From positions 75,020,001-75,084,000 of the forward strand of contig OX597817.1 of NCBI GenBank assembly GCA_951406725.2: a DNA stretch of 64,000 bases, in the 5' to 3' direction. Positions 62,541-64,000 of the stretch are shown here, one piece after another. The DNA is from Octopus vulgaris (lineage: Eukaryota). How positions within the stretch are numbered: position 1 is the stretch's first letter; every line of letters begins with the position of its first letter. Made by a program: the position numbers and the translations under genes. The notes under the pieces are model-generated. The model did no database searches. It was not told the origin of the DNA and saw nothing but the letters and a program-made list of their open reading frames with translations.

Positions 62541-63500
62541 TGTGTACAGTGCTCAGGTGCACTACAACTCATCTAAAGTGTATATATAATCAGGTGTAGT
62601 TTCGGCGGATTTCGGAAAGCATGAGGGCCTTAAAGGATGCAGTGTCATGGCAGTCAACAACTGACGCAGGCAGTTTATTCCATGCTTCAGCAACTCTGAG
62701 CATGAAAAAATGTTTCCGAAAGTCATAGGAGCTGTGTTGTTTTCTGACTTTGTAGGCATGTCCACGTGTGTTAGACACATGGAGATCAAAAAGGTGTTCA
62801 GTGTTGTTGTTGGTGAGGTGGTTGATAACTTTGTGGGTGTTTACCAAGTCCATCACCAGACGCCGGAGCTTCAGTGAATCCATGCCCAGGGAAACAAGGC
62901 ACTCAGAATATGGTAGGTGTCTGATGAAGGGTATGCGTTTGGTTGCACGTCTCTGGACAGATTCCAGGAGGTCAATGTTCTGAGCAAGATAGGGGTTCCA
63001 AACTGATGATGCGAATTCCAAGTGTGGTCGTACCATAGCTGTATACAGTTTTAAATAGATGGCTGGAGAGCGGCTAACAAAAGTCTTGCTGAGTGATGCC
63101 AAGACACCCTCGGCCTTCTTGACAATTTTAGGGATATACTTTGTCCAACGCAAATCACTGCTGACAGTGATGCCTAGGTCACGCTCGCAAGAGGATTTCT
63201 TGATATCAGTGTTGTGGAGGGAGTATGTGGACGCAGGGTTTTTTCTCCCAAAATGCATGGTGGTACACTTGTCCACAGAATGTCACAGAAAAGAATTGCA
63301 AGACAAGCCAACCAGCAAGAGACCTAGGGGTGGATCAAGAACAAGATGGTTAGATAATATCCGTAGTCTCGGTTGTACTTGGGAATCCTGCCAGAATATC
63401 TAATGATAGTTGCTTCTGATAGGGCCTTGTGGAAGTGGTGCCTAAAACTCTACACCCCCATGACCCTCCCAGGAAGGGTGGGGGAAGAAGATGGATGGAT
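62430..63500 (+). mobile_element. RTE/Expander-like LINE fragment split by a CR1 insertion
   Basis: Left piece ...VEPLLLHVE...LWYYG (ends ~62506) continues at ~63277 as RMSQKRIAR...RPRGGSRTRWLDNI...ASDRALWK. Confidence 0.7.
62511..63276 (-). mobile_element. 5'-truncated CR1-clade LINE with an intact C-terminal ORF and (ATT)n tail
   Basis: Open frame 62590-63276: KCTTMHFG...ERDLGITV...LYTAMVRPHLEFASSVWNPY...LLESVQRRATK...TRGHAYK...FFMLRVAEAWNKLP; short 3' UTR; trinucleotide tail 62511-62540. Confidence 0.92.
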
Positions 63501-64000
63501 ATGTGAAATATACTCTTCTAACAAAAACCCCATCAAGCTGTTGTGGCTTTGCAATACCAAATAATCCACAAATCTAAAAGAAGATATCCAGGCTGTGCTT
63601 GCACTTCTTGTGTTCCCTAGTACTATCCATATTAGAAAAATTATCAATACAACATCCTTAACATGTGAGTGTTATGTAAACCCCAGATACTGGAGGAAGT
63701 GCCTGAGATTCTACCCAACAACCTTTCTTGGAATAGTGGGCAAAGATGGATGAATGGTTTATCATTTCTATTTCTAAAACCTATAATATTTCAGAGTCTA
63801 ATGTATAGGAATATATAATGAGTCTAATGTACAGGAATGTAATAATCCTGTAAAAGTTTATTGAATATCAAAACAGAACATTTCTCACAAAAAAAAAAAA
63901 ATTGCAGATTGTAAACATTTCTCTGTCTGTAAATCTGTTTTCTAAGTTGAATATGGTGAATTCAGTTTTATTTAGTTAGTATCCAATAAATATATCCCAT

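Noticed and set aside
63794-63846. 26-bp tandem duplication after an AG
   Set aside because: Only two units with stop codons; simple slippage duplication.

Overview
AT-rich, repeat-dense eukaryotic genomic DNA. The SINE/LINE families and the very high microsatellite density point to a coleoid cephalopod, most likely Octopus; this is an inference from recalled repeat families. Two spliced genes diverge from a shared region near 25.0-26.0 kb that carries RFX X-box motifs. On the minus strand is a NEK11-like kinase (coding exons 24826-24965 and 862-1033, ~23.8 kb first intron, continuing left of the window). On the plus strand is a C1orf43/NICE-3 homolog (five phase-consistent coding exons, 32193-52355; 3' exons not found). 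The introns are packed with mobile DNA: a full-length mariner interrupted by a young non-autonomous Gypsy-type LTR element with an open 630-aa mosaic ORF, mariner- and Tigger-derived MITEs, a decayed Tigger, Helitrons, an 827-bp foldback element with telomere-like repeats and an 8-bp TSD, RTE/CR1/Tx1/Hero LINE fragments, tRNA-derived SINEs, and Penelope-type fragments with minimal hammerhead ribozymes. The most novel candidate is a strand-permuted (pseudoknotted) hammerhead-like motif in the 3' UTR of a Hero-type LINE at 53261-53322 (minus strand).
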